A stretch of 64,000 nt of DNA, taken from positions 6,563-70,562 of the forward strand of contig DASQWI010000023.1 in NCBI GenBank assembly GCA_035640355.1, in the 5' to 3' direction. The position numbers and the translations under genes are program-made. Shown one piece after another: positions 37,279 to 47,863 of the stretch (within the stretch, counting starts at the first letter, position 1; every line of letters begins with the position of its first letter). This DNA comes from Actinomycetota bacterium. GTDB lineage: Bacteria; Actinomycetota; UBA4738; HRBIN12. The notes under the pieces were generated by a model that saw only the letters and a list, made by a program, of their open reading frames with translations, searched no databases and was not told the DNA's origin.

Positions 37279-38279
37279 TCACGGCGACAGCACGACCTTG
37301 AACCGATCGGTCCCGTCGACGAGATCCTCGAACACTCGCTGACCATCGGCAAAGCTCGCCCCGCTGAACCACCCCGCCGTATCGAGGGCGCCGTCCTGGA
37401 TCAAAGAGAGAGCGCGAGCGAAGTCTTCGTCCACCCACGCGAAGGACCCCGTGATCGTCGCCTCCTTGCCGATCACCGCGTAGTAGTCGACGGCGCCGGC
37501 CGGTGCCCCGAGCCCCACCGTCTCGATCCGTCCACCAGGTCGCACCGCGCGGAGCCCGGATGCCCACGTATCCGCCACCCCCACCGCATCGATGACCACG
37601 TCGACGCCACGGCCGTCCGTCGCCTCGCGCAGCGTCGCCTCCGGATCGTCCGTCCCCAGCGGGATCGAACCCTGCGCTCGAGCACGTTCCAGCCGGGCCC
37701 GAACACGATCCGTCGCGAAGACCCTGGCCGCACCCCGGTCGACGGCCATCCACGCCATGAGTGCGCCGATCGGGCCGGCGCCGATCACGAGCACGTCGTC
37801 ATCGGGCACGACGGCGCGGGAAGTGACGTGGACCGCGTTCGCCAGCGGCTCCGTGAGCGTGGCGACGTCGTCGGGCACGTGGGCCTCGATCTCGACGGCG
37901 TTCTCAGCGGGCACGACGAACCGAGCGGCGAACCCTCCGGTCAGATCTCGTCCCACCAGTCGGCCCGTGCGGCAGAGATTCGTCCGTCCGGAGCGGCACG
38001 GCTCGCACGAGCGACACGCCAGGATGGGTTTCAGGACGATGCGCTGCCCGACGCGCGCGGCGTCGACGCCTTCGCCCACCGCGGCGATCACGCCGACCGT
38101 CTCGTGTCCCATGATCAGCGGCGGGATCCGTCGAGAACTCGCCTCGCGGAACCCGTGCAGGTCCGACCCGCAGATCGCCGAGGCCGCCGTCTCGATCACG
38201 ACTTCGCCGATCCCGGCTGCCGGCTCGGGCACCTCCTGGACCTCCATCCGCCGGGGCCCCAGATACACCAGAGCTTTCA
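37279..38279 (-). CDS. Zn-dependent medium-chain alcohol/polyol dehydrogenase (sorbitol/L-idonate dehydrogenase-like)
   Basis: TTG start (LKALVY) after a GGGAAGG RBS. Catalytic Zn (CGSDLH ... GHE) and structural Zn (CRSCEPCRSGRTNLC) motifs; Rossmann VLVIGAGPIG. Confidence 0.75.
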
Positions 38280-39119
38280 AGCGACCTTCCCGGAGGTCCA
38301 AACGAAGGGCCTGTCGCGTGCGGGAACCAGGACGTGCGTGCCGGGATGGTCGCGCTGGACGCTCTCGACGAGCCTGGAGGGATAGCCGCGATTGCGGGCG
38401 AACAGGTCGTAGTGCATGGGCACGACGGCCTGCGCACCGATCGCGCCGGCGAGCCACGCCGCCTCGCGCTCGGACAGGTTCCCCACGATCCCTCGCGCTT
38501 CGCGACCGGGGTCTCGCCCGTTGATCGGCAACAACGCAAGGTCGAGCGACAGCTCGCGAAGCGTCGCCTCCATCCCGGGGTAGTGGATGGTGTCGCCGGC
38601 GTGGTACAGCCGAACCCCGGCCGCGTCCACGACATAGCCGACGAACCGGATGAGCCCGCCCGAGAGCTCCTCGCCGAACCCGTAGGCGTCATCCACGGTG
38701 ACCCCGTGCATCGCGGGCACCGCGCGGATCGTGAATCCGGCGACCTCGATGACCTCGCCCGGCTGGATCCCGGTCACGCGGTCGCCGCCGATCCCCGACT
38801 CGGTGACCATGTCGACGATCGGCGTCGGGACGACGAACGTCGCGCCGGGCGAGGCCTTGGCGATCGCGGGTGCGCTCGCCGCATCGAAGTGGTCGACGTG
38901 CTCGTGCGTGCAGAGCACGACGTCGACACCCTCGGCGCGCTCGGGCAAGAGCGAGCTCTCATACCGTCGTCCGTCGTACGGCGCCAGGAACGGGTCGATC
39001 AGCGCAACGGCGCCGCCTGATCGCACGACGAATCCCGCCTGACCGAGCCATGCGAACGCCAGCGCGCCCTCGGGTGGCCGAACCTCGCGGAGCCGGTCGA
39101 GCGGCGAACGATCACTCAC
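38277..39119 (-). CDS. MBL-fold metallo-hydrolase (UlaG-like lactonase family)
   Basis: 280 aa. HxHxDH motif (LCTHEHVDHFD). Stop overlaps the ADH TTG start. Confidence 0.7.
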   Translation of the reverse strand: MSDRSPLDRLREVRPPEGALAFAWLGQAGFVVRSGGAVALIDPFLAPYDGRRYESSLLPERAEGVDVVLCTHEHVDHFDAASAPAIAKASPGATFVVPTPIVDMVTESGIGGDRVTGIQPGEVIEVAGFTIRAVPAMHGVTVDDAYGFGEELSGGLIRFVGYVVDAAGVRLYHAGDTIHYPGMEATLRELSLDLALLPINGRDPGREARGIVGNLSEREAAWLAGAIGAQAVVPMHYDLFARNRGYPSRLVESVQRDHPGTHVLVPARDRPFVWTSGKVA

Positions 39120-39131
39120 AGTTCACATTCC

Positions 39132-39884
39132 TCACATCGCGAGCTGCCCACCGTCGACGACGAGCAGCTCCCCGTTGACGAACGACGCTTCGTCGGACGC
39201 GAGGAACGCGTATGCGGCCGCGATCTCGGCGGGCGTACCGGAACGACCGAGGGGGATCCGCTCGCGTTCGAATCTCGCCGTGTACTCCGCGTCCTCCGCG
39301 TCTGCTTGGAGGCGCGTGGCTACCTTGCCGGGGCAAAGCGCGTTCACGCGGATCCCATACGGACCGAGCTCGATCGCCATCGTCCGCGTCAGCATGGCGA
39401 TCGCACCTTTCGACGCGTTGTAGTGCGCGTACCCTGCCTCTCCTTCGAGCGCGTTCGTCGACGCCATGTTGACGATCGCGCCGCCGCGCCCACGCTCGAC
39501 CATCGACCGAGCCACCCGGCGCGCCACCAGGAACTGACTACGCAGGTTGATGGCCAGAAGACGATCCCACCGCTCCGGCGTGATCTGGAGGAACGGTTCC
39601 CTCCACGCGATCCCCGCGTTGTTCAGGAGGACGTCGATCGCACCGAGGAAGCTCTCCGCCGTTGCGACGAGCCGATCAACCTCCTCTTCTCGGGAAACGT
39701 CACACTCGATGCCGTCGACGATCCCGGTGGTCCGCAGGTCAGCGAGGACGGTATCCACCTCACCGGGCTCGATCCCGCACAGGAACACTCGTGAGTCCTC
39801 TTGGAGGAAGCGCTCGACCGCGGCCAGGCCGATCCCTCGGCTGCCGCCGGTGACCAGGACACCCTTGCCCTCCAGCCCCCGCAT
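39132..39884 (-). CDS. SDR-family short-chain dehydrogenase/reductase
   Basis: 250 aa. TGGSRGIG cofactor motif, NNAG, and the catalytic YxxxK (YNASK). Confidence 0.8.
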   Translation of the reverse strand: MRGLEGKGVLVTGGSRGIGLAAVERFLQEDSRVFLCGIEPGEVDTVLADLRTTGIVDGIECDVSREEEVDRLVATAESFLGAIDVLLNNAGIAWREPFLQITPERWDRLLAINLRSQFLVARRVARSMVERGRGGAIVNMASTNALEGEAGYAHYNASKGAIAMLTRTMAIELGPYGIRVNALCPGKVATRLQADAEDAEYTARFERERIPLGRSGTPAEIAAAYAFLASDEASFVNGELLVVDGGQLAM

Positions 39885-39980
39885 CCGCGCTCCCCTCGCG
39901 CGGCGGCGAGTCTAGTACCGGTGCGCGCCGGGTTAGCATGCCGCGCGATCGTTCCGACCAGTGCGAGGGAACGCCACGGG

Positions 39981-41336
39981 ATGCCGGAGAACGCACCCAG
40001 GATCGTGATCGATGGCGCCGGTGGCTGGGTGTTTCCCGTCGAGCTGTCGCGTGACGTGCTCGCCTTCCCCGGATTAAGCCATGCGTCGCTTGTCCTCTAC
40101 GACATCGACCCGCAGGCGGCGGAGCGAACCCGCGGTTTCGTGCAACAGATGATCGACGACGCGAAGTCGAATGTAACCGTCGCCGTCGCACCCGACCTTC
40201 CCAGTGCGCTTCGCGGTGCTGATGTCGTCATCACGGTGTTCCAGGTCGGCGGCGTCGAGGCCTACGCCCACGATGTACTCATCCCGCGCGAGTACGGGAT
40301 CGACCAGACGGTCGGCGATACGCTCGGCCCGGGTGGCCTCTTCCGCGGCTTGCGAACCGTCGAAGCGCTGCGCGAGGTCGTCGAGGCGATGCTCGAGCAT
40401 TGTCCGAACGCATGGCTGCTCAACTACGCGAACCCGATGTCGATCAACTGCTGGGCCACCGACCTCCTGGGGGTGAAGGTCGTCGGTCTGTGCCACAGCG
40501 TGCAGGGAACCGCCGAGCTGCTCGCCCGCGAACTCGGGGTCCAGCTCGAGGAGGTCACCTTCCGCTGCGCGGGCGTGAACCACACCGCGTGGTTCACGAC
40601 GTTCGCTCGGGGCGACGAGGACTTGATCCCACGCATCCGTGAGGTGATGACGGCTCGCCACGTCGACCGGACGATGCCGCTCCTTCCCCGATCGGACGAC
40701 GCCTACGAGAGCATCGAGCGGGTCCGTACGGAACTGATGATGCTCACCGGCTACTTCCACACCGAGTCGAGCCACCACGCGAGCGAGTACTGGGCGTGGT
40801 TCCGGAAGACGCCGGAGCTGACCGAGGAATACCTCGATCGGCGTTGGGACTATCTCGAGGTCTGCCGGAGCGTCGACGCCGACTACACGAACGAGGACGT
40901 GGTGAGCGACGCGCGCCGACACGGTCCGATCCACGGCGGAGAGTTCGCGGCTCCGATCGTCGACAGCCTCACCACCGGGACGCCGCGCGTCGTCTACGGC
41001 AACGTACGGAACGGATCGTCGATCGAGAACCTTCCGGCCGACGCCTGTGTCGAGGTGGCGTGCGTGGCCGACTCGACCGGCGTGCGCCCGACCCGGTACG
41101 GAACGTTGCCGTCGGCATGCGCCGCTTTGAACGAGGCGCAGATCACGGTTCAGCGACTCGCGGTCGAGGCCGCGATGAACGGCGATCGGGATCTGGTGCA
41201 CGCCGCGGTGGCGCTCGATCCGTTGACGAGCGCCGTCCTGACGCTGCCGCGGATCCACGAGATGGTCGACCGGATGCTCGAGGCCGAGGCGCCATGGCTG
41301 CCGCGGTTCGCCGGCGCCTCCGCGCTCGCTCGGTGA
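39981..41336 (+). CDS. Glycoside hydrolase family 4 (NAD+/Mn2+-dependent alpha-glucosidase/alpha-galactosidase or 6-phospho-glycosidase), paralog 1
   Basis: Start MPENAPRIVIDGAGG. GH4 motifs (NYANPM ... GLCHS ... CAGVNH). Confidence 0.8.
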   Translation: MPENAPRIVIDGAGGWVFPVELSRDVLAFPGLSHASLVLYDIDPQAAERTRGFVQQMIDDAKSNVTVAVAPDLPSALRGADVVITVFQVGGVEAYAHDVLIPREYGIDQTVGDTLGPGGLFRGLRTVEALREVVEAMLEHCPNAWLLNYANPMSINCWATDLLGVKVVGLCHSVQGTAELLARELGVQLEEVTFRCAGVNHTAWFTTFARGDEDLIPRIREVMTARHVDRTMPLLPRSDDAYESIERVRTELMMLTGYFHTESSHHASEYWAWFRKTPELTEEYLDRRWDYLEVCRSVDADYTNEDVVSDARRHGPIHGGEFAAPIVDSLTTGTPRVVYGNVRNGSSIENLPADACVEVACVADSTGVRPTRYGTLPSACAALNEAQITVQRLAVEAAMNGDRDLVHAAVALDPLTSAVLTLPRIHEMVDRMLEAEAPWLPRFAGASALAR

Positions 41337-42412
41337 ACGCCGGGCGGCGGGACCTGCCTCTGGCTGAGTGGCGTCCCGAACCCAAGCTGGTCGTGCCGGC
41401 TCACCGGGTCGAGCGGTCCCGCTTTCCCGCCGTCGACGCGCACAACCATCTGGGCCGGTGGCTGTCGGCGTTGGTGAGCGACGACGCAGAAGCGTGGACG
41501 GTCCCCGACGTCGGCGCGCTGCTCGAGCTGATGGACGCCTGCAACATCCGCGCGATCGTGAACCTCGACGGCCGGTGGGGCGCGGAGCTGAAGGCGAACA
41601 TCGACCGCTACGACGGAGCTCATCCCGGACGGTTCGCGACGTTTTGTCACATCGACTGGTCGTCGGCCGCAGCGTCGAGAGACGTCGGCAACGCCGCGGC
41701 TGCCTCCCTGCGCGAGAGCGTTCGGGAAGGAGCGAGAGGCATCAAGATCTGGAAGGACCTCGGCCTTCACGTACGCGACGACCGAGGCGAGCTGATCCTT
41801 CCCGACGACCGCCGGCTCACGCGGCTGTGGGATGCCGCCGGCGATCTCGATGTGCCGGTCTTCATCCACACCGCCGATCCGGTCGCGTTCTTCGATCCGG
41901 TCGACGAACGAAACGAGCGGTATGAGCAGCTCGTCGCGTTTCCCGAATGGTCCTTCGCCGATCCGTCGTTCCCGCGGTTCGAGCGACTGATCGAGTCGCT
42001 CGAGAATCTGGTCAGCGCGAATCCGTCGACGACGTTCGTCGGCGTGCACGTCGGCAGCTATGCCGAGAACCTCTCGTGGGTTGGACGGATGCTCGATACG
42101 AACTCGAACTTCCACGTCGACATCGCGGCGCGAGTGGCCGAGCTCGGACGACAGCCCAGGGCGACCCGAGATCTGATCGTTTCGCACCCCGACCGGGTGC
42201 TGTTCGGGATCGATGAGTTCCCGCCCGAACGCGACAACTACGAGATCTACTTCCGGTTCCTCGAGACGCGCGACGAGCACTTCGCACACTCGACGGAGGA
42301 GGTGCCGCTGATGGGGCGGTGGGCGATCAGCGGGTTGGACCTGCCGGACGACGTGCTCCGGAAGGTGTACGCGGAGAACGCGCTCCGCCTGGTGCCAGGC
42401 CTCGGCCCGTAG
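41333..42412 (+). CDS. Amidohydrolase-2 (TIM-barrel metal-dependent hydrolase) family protein
   Basis: GTGA overlap with the GH4 stop. Metal-binding AVDAHNHLG near the N-terminus and HV...D motifs in the C-terminal half. Confidence 0.65.
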   Translation: MNAGRRDLPLAEWRPEPKLVVPAHRVERSRFPAVDAHNHLGRWLSALVSDDAEAWTVPDVGALLELMDACNIRAIVNLDGRWGAELKANIDRYDGAHPGRFATFCHIDWSSAAASRDVGNAAAASLRESVREGARGIKIWKDLGLHVRDDRGELILPDDRRLTRLWDAAGDLDVPVFIHTADPVAFFDPVDERNERYEQLVAFPEWSFADPSFPRFERLIESLENLVSANPSTTFVGVHVGSYAENLSWVGRMLDTNSNFHVDIAARVAELGRQPRATRDLIVSHPDRVLFGIDEFPPERDNYEIYFRFLETRDEHFAHSTEEVPLMGRWAISGLDLPDDVLRKVYAENALRLVPGLGP

Positions 42413-42417
42413 CGGCG

Positions 42418-43617
42418 TCAAGCGATTGCCCGACCGTCCTTCGGGTCGAAGACGTGCACTCGCGACGTATCGACGACGAGCGCCACCGACTCACCTGCCC
42501 GGGCGTCGGCGCGAGCGTCGATCTTCGCGACGAACACCGACGCGCGATCCTCGACTGCCTCGTCGATCTCGTCGACGTCCTCAACATCCTTCACGAGCTC
42601 GACCGTGTCCTCGGTTACTACCGGTGGCGCGTCGACCTTGAAGTGCACGAGCGCATCCGACCCCAGGGATTCCCGTAGGTCGACGGTCGCGTTGAGCCGG
42701 CGTCCGTCGGGCTGAAGCGCGGAGAACTTCTCGTGTTCGATCGTCTCGGGGCGGATCCCGAGGACGACGCGCCCGCCTTCGTACCCTTTGATCTGGGGGT
42801 GAGTCTCGACGAACGCATCCTCCATCGCGAGCTCCGTCGACCCGAAACGAGCAACGACGCGTCCGTCCCTCCGCATGAGCGCGGCGTCGACCAGGTTCAT
42901 CGCAGGCGAACCGATGAAGCCCGCGACAAAGAGGTTCGCCGGCCGGTCGTACAACGCCTGCGGCGTGTCGACCTGCTGCAGGACTCCCTTCTTCATCACC
43001 GCGACACGGTCGCCCATCGTCATCGCCTCGGTCTGGTCATGGGTGACGAAGATCGTCGTCGTGGCGAGCTCCGTCTGGATCCGCCGGATCTCGGCGCGCA
43101 TCTGGACCCGGAGCTTCGCGTCCAAGTTCGAAAGCGGCTCGTCCATCAGGAACGCGCGCGGCTCGCGCACGATCGCGCGTCCCATCGCCACGCGCTGGCG
43201 CTGACCGCCGGACAGCGCCTTTGGCCGGCGCTCGAGCAGGTCCTGGATACCGAGGATCGCGGCCGTCTGGCGCACGCGCTCCTCGATCGCACTCTTCGGC
43301 ACCTTGCGGATCTTGAGGGCGAAGCCGAGGTTCTCGAACACGGTCATGTGCGGGTAGAGGGCGTAGTCCTGGAAGACCATCGCGACGTCGCGGTCCCTTG
43401 GTGGCAGATCGTTCACGATGTCGTCGCCGATCGCCACCGTTCCGTCGGAGATGCCTTCGAGACCGGCGACCATCTTGAGCGCGGTGCTCTTGCCGCAGCC
43501 GGACGGCCCCACGAGAACCATGAACTCACCGTCACCGATCTCCAGATCGAGGTCGCTGACGGCCTCGGTTCCACCCGGATAAACCTTCGTCACGCCCTCG
43601 AACGTGATCGTCGCCAC
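42418..43617 (-). CDS. ABC sugar-importer ATP-binding protein (MsiK/MalK/UgpC-type)
   Basis: 399 aa. Walker A GPSGCGKST, signature LSGGQRQR, Walker B FLMDEPLSNLD, and a C-terminal TOBE regulatory domain. Confidence 0.85.
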   Translation of the reverse strand: MATITFEGVTKVYPGGTEAVSDLDLEIGDGEFMVLVGPSGCGKSTALKMVAGLEGISDGTVAIGDDIVNDLPPRDRDVAMVFQDYALYPHMTVFENLGFALKIRKVPKSAIEERVRQTAAILGIQDLLERRPKALSGGQRQRVAMGRAIVREPRAFLMDEPLSNLDAKLRVQMRAEIRRIQTELATTTIFVTHDQTEAMTMGDRVAVMKKGVLQQVDTPQALYDRPANLFVAGFIGSPAMNLVDAALMRRDGRVVARFGSTELAMEDAFVETHPQIKGYEGGRVVLGIRPETIEHEKFSALQPDGRRLNATVDLRESLGSDALVHFKVDAPPVVTEDTVELVKDVEDVDEIDEAVEDRASVFVAKIDARADARAGESVALVVDTSRVHVFDPKDGRAIA

Positions 43618-43623
43618 GGTGTC

Positions 43624-44523
43624 CTACCTCCCGCCCGTGAGAGTCAGGCCGCGGACGATCCACTTCTGCGAAGCCGCGAAGACGATCAGCACCGGGACGA
43701 CCATCAGGACGGCTGCGGCCATGACGAGGTTGTTCTGGACCGAGTGGTGCGTCGAGTACCAGGTCAGGATGATCGGAAGCGTCCGCTTGTTCTGCTCGGT
43801 GAGTACGATCAACGGCCAGAGGTAGGCGTTCCAGTTGAACATGAACGTGAGCAGGCCAAGCGTCGCGAGCGGTGCCAGCAGCTGTGGCAGGACGATCGAG
43901 CGGTAGATGCGCCATTCCGAGGCGCCGTCCACACGCGCCGACCAGATCTCGTCGTTCGGGATCGAAAGGATGAACTGCCGCATCACGAAGATCGCGAACG
44001 CGTCGATGAACGAAGGGATGATCAACCCCCACAGGTTGTTCAGCAGGTGCAGCTGGAGCAGGATCAGGTACCCGGGGAGCATCGTCACCTGGGTCGGGAT
44101 CATCATCGTGGCGAGGATGAACCAGAACAGAGCCGTGCGGAACCGGAACTCGAACTTCGCGAAGATGTAGCCGAGCAGCGATCCGGTGAACAGTGTCGCG
44201 ATCACGTTCAGCACTGCCACGAACGCGGAGTTCCGGTAGAACAACCCGAGGGGCAGCTCCGGGTCGCTGAGGATCGTCCGGTAGTTGTCGAGGGTCCCCT
44301 GTTGTGGCCAGAACGTCGGCGGGATCGCGCGGACCTCCGCCTCCGGCTTGAACGACGACAAGATCATCCAGACGAACGGCAGCGCGGCGATCACGCCGAG
44401 GACCGTCAGGACGACGTACAGCGTGACACGGCCGGACCGGTGACGGGCGCTCCGAGAGGGCTTCGCCGCGGTCGCGCGTGGAGCCGCGAGTACGCGGACC
44501 TTTCCCTGCGTCGTCGTCGCCAA
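43624..44523 (-). CDS. Carbohydrate ABC transporter permease (MalG/UgpE-type)
   Basis: 299 aa, 6 TM helices, with an EAA-like loop (IPNDEIWSARVDGASEWRIYRSIVLP). Confidence 0.85.
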   Translation of the reverse strand: MATTTQGKVRVLAAPRATAAKPSRSARHRSGRVTLYVVLTVLGVIAALPFVWMILSSFKPEAEVRAIPPTFWPQQGTLDNYRTILSDPELPLGLFYRNSAFVAVLNVIATLFTGSLLGYIFAKFEFRFRTALFWFILATMMIPTQVTMLPGYLILLQLHLLNNLWGLIIPSFIDAFAIFVMRQFILSIPNDEIWSARVDGASEWRIYRSIVLPQLLAPLATLGLLTFMFNWNAYLWPLIVLTEQNKRTLPIILTWYSTHHSVQNNLVMAAAVLMVVPVLIVFAASQKWIVRGLTLTGGR

Positions 44524-44524
44524 C

Positions 44525-45526
44525 TCAGTACTCCCATTTCGTTCGCAAGATGCGCGCCTGCGCGAGCGAGATCACGAAGACGATCAGGAACAGCACGACC
44601 GACATCGCGGCTGCCCATCCCATCTGCTGATACCTGAACGCGTTGCGGTAGATGTTCAGCGGCATCGCCAACGTCTGGTCGTCAGGACGACCTTCGGTCA
44701 TCACCTGGAACAGGTCGAACACCTGGAACGCGGAGATCAGCGTGAGGATTGAGGCGAGCAGGATCGTCGGTCGCAGCAGCGGCAGCGTGATGTGACGGAA
44801 GATCTGCCATGCGCTTGCCCCGTCCACCCGCGCAGCGTCGGTGACCGACCGAGGGATCGCCTGCAACGCCGCGATGAAGATCACCAGGTTGTATCCGATG
44901 TCCTGCCATAGATAGGCGGCAATCACCATCAGCAGCGCTACGGGGACCCCGAAGTACACGAGGTTGGGGTCGTCGAGCCATGCGATGATCGTGGTCTTGC
45001 CCGTGATCTTCGCGATGAATCCGTTCAGTAGGCCGTTCTGCGGGTGGAGGATAAAGCCCCAGATGATCGCCACGCCGACCGAGGACGCCAGCACCGGAAG
45101 GAAGAAGATCGTCCGGTAGAGCACACGAACACGCTGGTGAACCGATTCGATCATCGCCGCGAGCGGGAGCGTGACCAGCAGGTTCAGCGGCACGACGAGG
45201 AACGCAAAGAGCAGCGTGACCTTCACAGCCGTATGGAACTGCCGCACGTTGAGCGTCGCGTCTGGCGAGAAGTCGGTCATCTGCCGGTAGTGCTCCAACC
45301 CGACGAACGGGTTGTCGGCGCCCAGTCCGAGGATCGGCGACCCCGTACGACGGGGACTGAAGTCGAAGAAGGAGAGCGCGAAGGCCCAGACGATCGGAAG
45401 CGCCAAGAAGATGGCCATGAAGATGACGGCCGGACTCATGACGGCGAACACGAACCTCTTCTGCGCACCCTCGCGCCCGCCGAAGATGCGGCGACCCCGC
45501 TTGAGCCGGATCGTCTCGCTCGCCAT
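44525..45526 (-). CDS. Carbohydrate ABC transporter permease (MalF/UgpA-type)
   Basis: 333 aa, 6 TM helices, with an EAA-like loop (IPRSVTDAARVDGASAWQIFRHITLP). Confidence 0.85.
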   Translation of the reverse strand: MASETIRLKRGRRIFGGREGAQKRFVFAVMSPAVIFMAIFLALPIVWAFALSFFDFSPRRTGSPILGLGADNPFVGLEHYRQMTDFSPDATLNVRQFHTAVKVTLLFAFLVVPLNLLVTLPLAAMIESVHQRVRVLYRTIFFLPVLASSVGVAIIWGFILHPQNGLLNGFIAKITGKTTIIAWLDDPNLVYFGVPVALLMVIAAYLWQDIGYNLVIFIAALQAIPRSVTDAARVDGASAWQIFRHITLPLLRPTILLASILTLISAFQVFDLFQVMTEGRPDDQTLAMPLNIYRNAFRYQQMGWAAAMSVVLFLIVFVISLAQARILRTKWEY

Positions 45527-45547
45527 GACGGCTCTGTCTCCCCGCGC

Positions 45548-46867
45548 CTATCCGAACGTCTCGTTCGCCTCGGTCTCGATCGACTGCAACGCCTGTTCGA
45601 CCGTCACGTCGCCGCGGAGCGCCTCCAGCCCGTTGCTGTAGATGATGTCGTAGTAGAGCTTGTCGCGGTCCGGGAGCTGGCCGACGAACTGGGCGTTCGG
45701 CAGGACCTCGAACCAGGTCTCGAAGTGCGGGAACTCGGCGATCAGCTCGTCGCGAGCCGCGCCCTCCGCGTTCTCGCGAAGCGCCGGCAACGTCGCGGAG
45801 GTGAGGTTGAAGTCCTTCGCTACCTCCGGGTCGAGCGTGGCGAACGCCGCGAAGTCCCACGCCACGTCGGGGTTCGCGCTGTCCGTCGACACCGTCATCC
45901 CCCACCCGGAGTCGGCAACGAACGCGTCCGACCCTTCGAGCGGCGGCAGCTTGGCGTAGACGGTGTTCTCTGCAACCTCGGGATAGTCCGGCGCGTAGTC
46001 GGCGACAGCCCACGGACCCACCAGACCCATCGCGCAGAGCTCGGTGAAGTAGCATTCACCGACCCAGTTCTCCTCGTCGTTGAAGAGCACTGGATCGACC
46101 ACCGGCACGTCCGCCATGCGCTTGAGCAGCCCCAGAGCCTCCTGACCCTCGGGGGTGTTGAACGTAAACGCCGTGCCGTCGTCGTTCAGGTAGCTGCCGC
46201 CGGCCTGGAGGATCAGCGACAGCAGCGAGTGCGCCAGGCCGTCGCCCGCGGTGAAGTTGTAGCCCGCGCGCACCATGGCGCCGTCCTGGATCACCGTCAG
46301 CTGCTGGGCATCCGCGATGAGCTCATCCCAGCTCGACCAGCCCTCGGTGCTGGTGCCGGCGTCCTCGGCCATCTGCGTGTTCACGAGCGTGGCGCCGTAC
46401 TCGACGTTCGATTCCTGCGGCAGGCCGTACAGCGTGTCGTCGCAGGTGTACCCACCGAGCGGGCCTGGATAGAAGCGCTCCTGTGCGTCCGCGAGCGAGA
46501 TCACGTCGTCGGGGACGGGCCGAAGGAAGTCGGTGTACGTGCACGCCCACGTCCCGAACATATGGATGAGGTCCGGCGCGTTGCCTGCGGGCAGGGCGGT
46601 CTGCAGCGTCTGGATGTACTCGTCGTAGCCGAACGTCTCGAGCGTGATCGTCACCCCCGGGTGGTCGGCCTCGTACGCGCGCGCCGCGTCCCGGATCGCG
46701 TCGTTGAACGATGGGCTCCGGTGCGCCCAGATCCTGAGCTCGACCGATCCACCATCACCACCGTCGCCGTCGTCGTCCGTCGTTTCTTCGCCGAACGTGC
46801 ACGCGCTGGCGACCACTGCGATCACGAGCATCCCGACCAGCCACCGTCCGAACCGTCCCGAGATCAT
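45548..46867 (-). CDS. ABC transporter extracellular sugar-binding lipoprotein (CUT1 family)
   Basis: 439 aa. Lipobox-like N-terminus (LVIAVVASAC), acidic linker, SBP_bac_1-like fold motifs. Confidence 0.8.
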   Translation of the reverse strand: MISGRFGRWLVGMLVIAVVASACTFGEETTDDDGDGGDGGSVELRIWAHRSPSFNDAIRDAARAYEADHPGVTITLETFGYDEYIQTLQTALPAGNAPDLIHMFGTWACTYTDFLRPVPDDVISLADAQERFYPGPLGGYTCDDTLYGLPQESNVEYGATLVNTQMAEDAGTSTEGWSSWDELIADAQQLTVIQDGAMVRAGYNFTAGDGLAHSLLSLILQAGGSYLNDDGTAFTFNTPEGQEALGLLKRMADVPVVDPVLFNDEENWVGECYFTELCAMGLVGPWAVADYAPDYPEVAENTVYAKLPPLEGSDAFVADSGWGMTVSTDSANPDVAWDFAAFATLDPEVAKDFNLTSATLPALRENAEGAARDELIAEFPHFETWFEVLPNAQFVGQLPDRDKLYYDIIYSNGLEALRGDVTVEQALQSIETEANETFG

Positions 46868-46886
46868 GGCTCCCCCTCGTCAGTTC

Positions 46887-47834
46887 CTACATACGGTCCT
46901 GTGCGCTATCTGCGACGGCGCCCGAGCTCGACAACACGACCGAGCGTGCCAGGTAGCGCGGCCGGTCCGGGTTCAAGCCTCGCGCCTCGGCGAGCGCGAC
47001 GGCCAGCCGCTGTGCGATCACGAGCTCGGCCATCGGATCCAGCGTCGCGCGGCGCACGGTCGCCCCGGTCTCCTCGGCGTCTACACCGACGGCCGGGTCA
47101 GGCGATCCGAGGATCCAGACGAACGTCCGATCGTCCGAGAGACTGATCGGCCCGTGTCGGTACTCCATCGCCGGGTAGGCATCGCTGTGAACGAGTGCCG
47201 CCTCGCGGAGCTTCAGGGCGGCCTCCTCCGCGATGCCCACGGTCCAGCCGTGTCCCAGGAACGTGAAGCGATGGAACAGGGTCGGCTCCGCCGTCGCCTC
47301 CATCGTCAGCGCGGACTCTGCGTCCGCGATCGGCCCAGCCATGTCATCCCCCAGCGCGGTCCGCAGGAGCGCGAGCGCGGAGGTGGCGAACCGCGTCTGG
47401 ACGACGGAGCGCTCGTTGGCGAAGTCGAGCACGATCACCCGGTTGGCGAGCGACTGCGCCTGCGTCTTGCCTTCGGCGGTGATCACCACGGTCGGCGTCT
47501 CGCCCGCCAACCGTTCGAGGAGGCGGAGGACCTCCGTGGTCGTGCCGCTCCGCGTGATCGCGACGACGGCGTCATACCGTCGGCCGAACGGAAACTCCGA
47601 GGCCGCGAAGGCGTCCGTCTCACCCCGTCCTGAGGACTCCCGCCGCGCGGCGAAGGCGCGGGCCACGAACAGCGACGTGCCGCACCCGACGGCGGCGACG
47701 CGGTCGCCGTTCGATGGAAGCGCGTCGGTCACGTCCGCCGCGAGCAGCTCGCTCGCTCGCCAGCATCCTGGCTGAGTGGCTATTTCGTGCGCGATTTCGC
47801 TCACTTCGGCGCACTCTAGATCAGAACCGCTCAT
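46887..47834 (-). CDS. SIS-domain sugar-phosphate isomerase/deaminase (AgaS/GlmS-C-like)
   Basis: 315 aa with two SIS modules (AAVGCGTSLFVARAFAA ... ITRSGTTTEV). Confidence 0.7.
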   Translation of the reverse strand: MSGSDLECAEVSEIAHEIATQPGCWRASELLAADVTDALPSNGDRVAAVGCGTSLFVARAFAARRESSGRGETDAFAASEFPFGRRYDAVVAITRSGTTTEVLRLLERLAGETPTVVITAEGKTQAQSLANRVIVLDFANERSVVQTRFATSALALLRTALGDDMAGPIADAESALTMEATAEPTLFHRFTFLGHGWTVGIAEEAALKLREAALVHSDAYPAMEYRHGPISLSDDRTFVWILGSPDPAVGVDAEETGATVRRATLDPMAELVIAQRLAVALAEARGLNPDRPRYLARSVVLSSSGAVADSAQDRM

Positions 47835-47863
47835 TCGCGCAATGCGCTCCTATACTTGGCGCC
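47835..47863. promoter_or_regulatory. 29-bp divergent intergenic region with GCGCA-A-TGCGC inverted repeat (candidate DeoR operator); both flanking genes probably leaderless
   Basis: Inverted repeat seen directly between the divergent SIS and DeoR start codons. Confidence 0.3.

Noticed and set aside
42733-47146. Large + ORFs (634 aa, 700 aa) and the 457-aa minus-strand ORF 44682..46055
   Set aside because: Shadow ORFs across the ABC importer operon. The permease, ATPase and SBP frames on the minus strand are clearly genuine.
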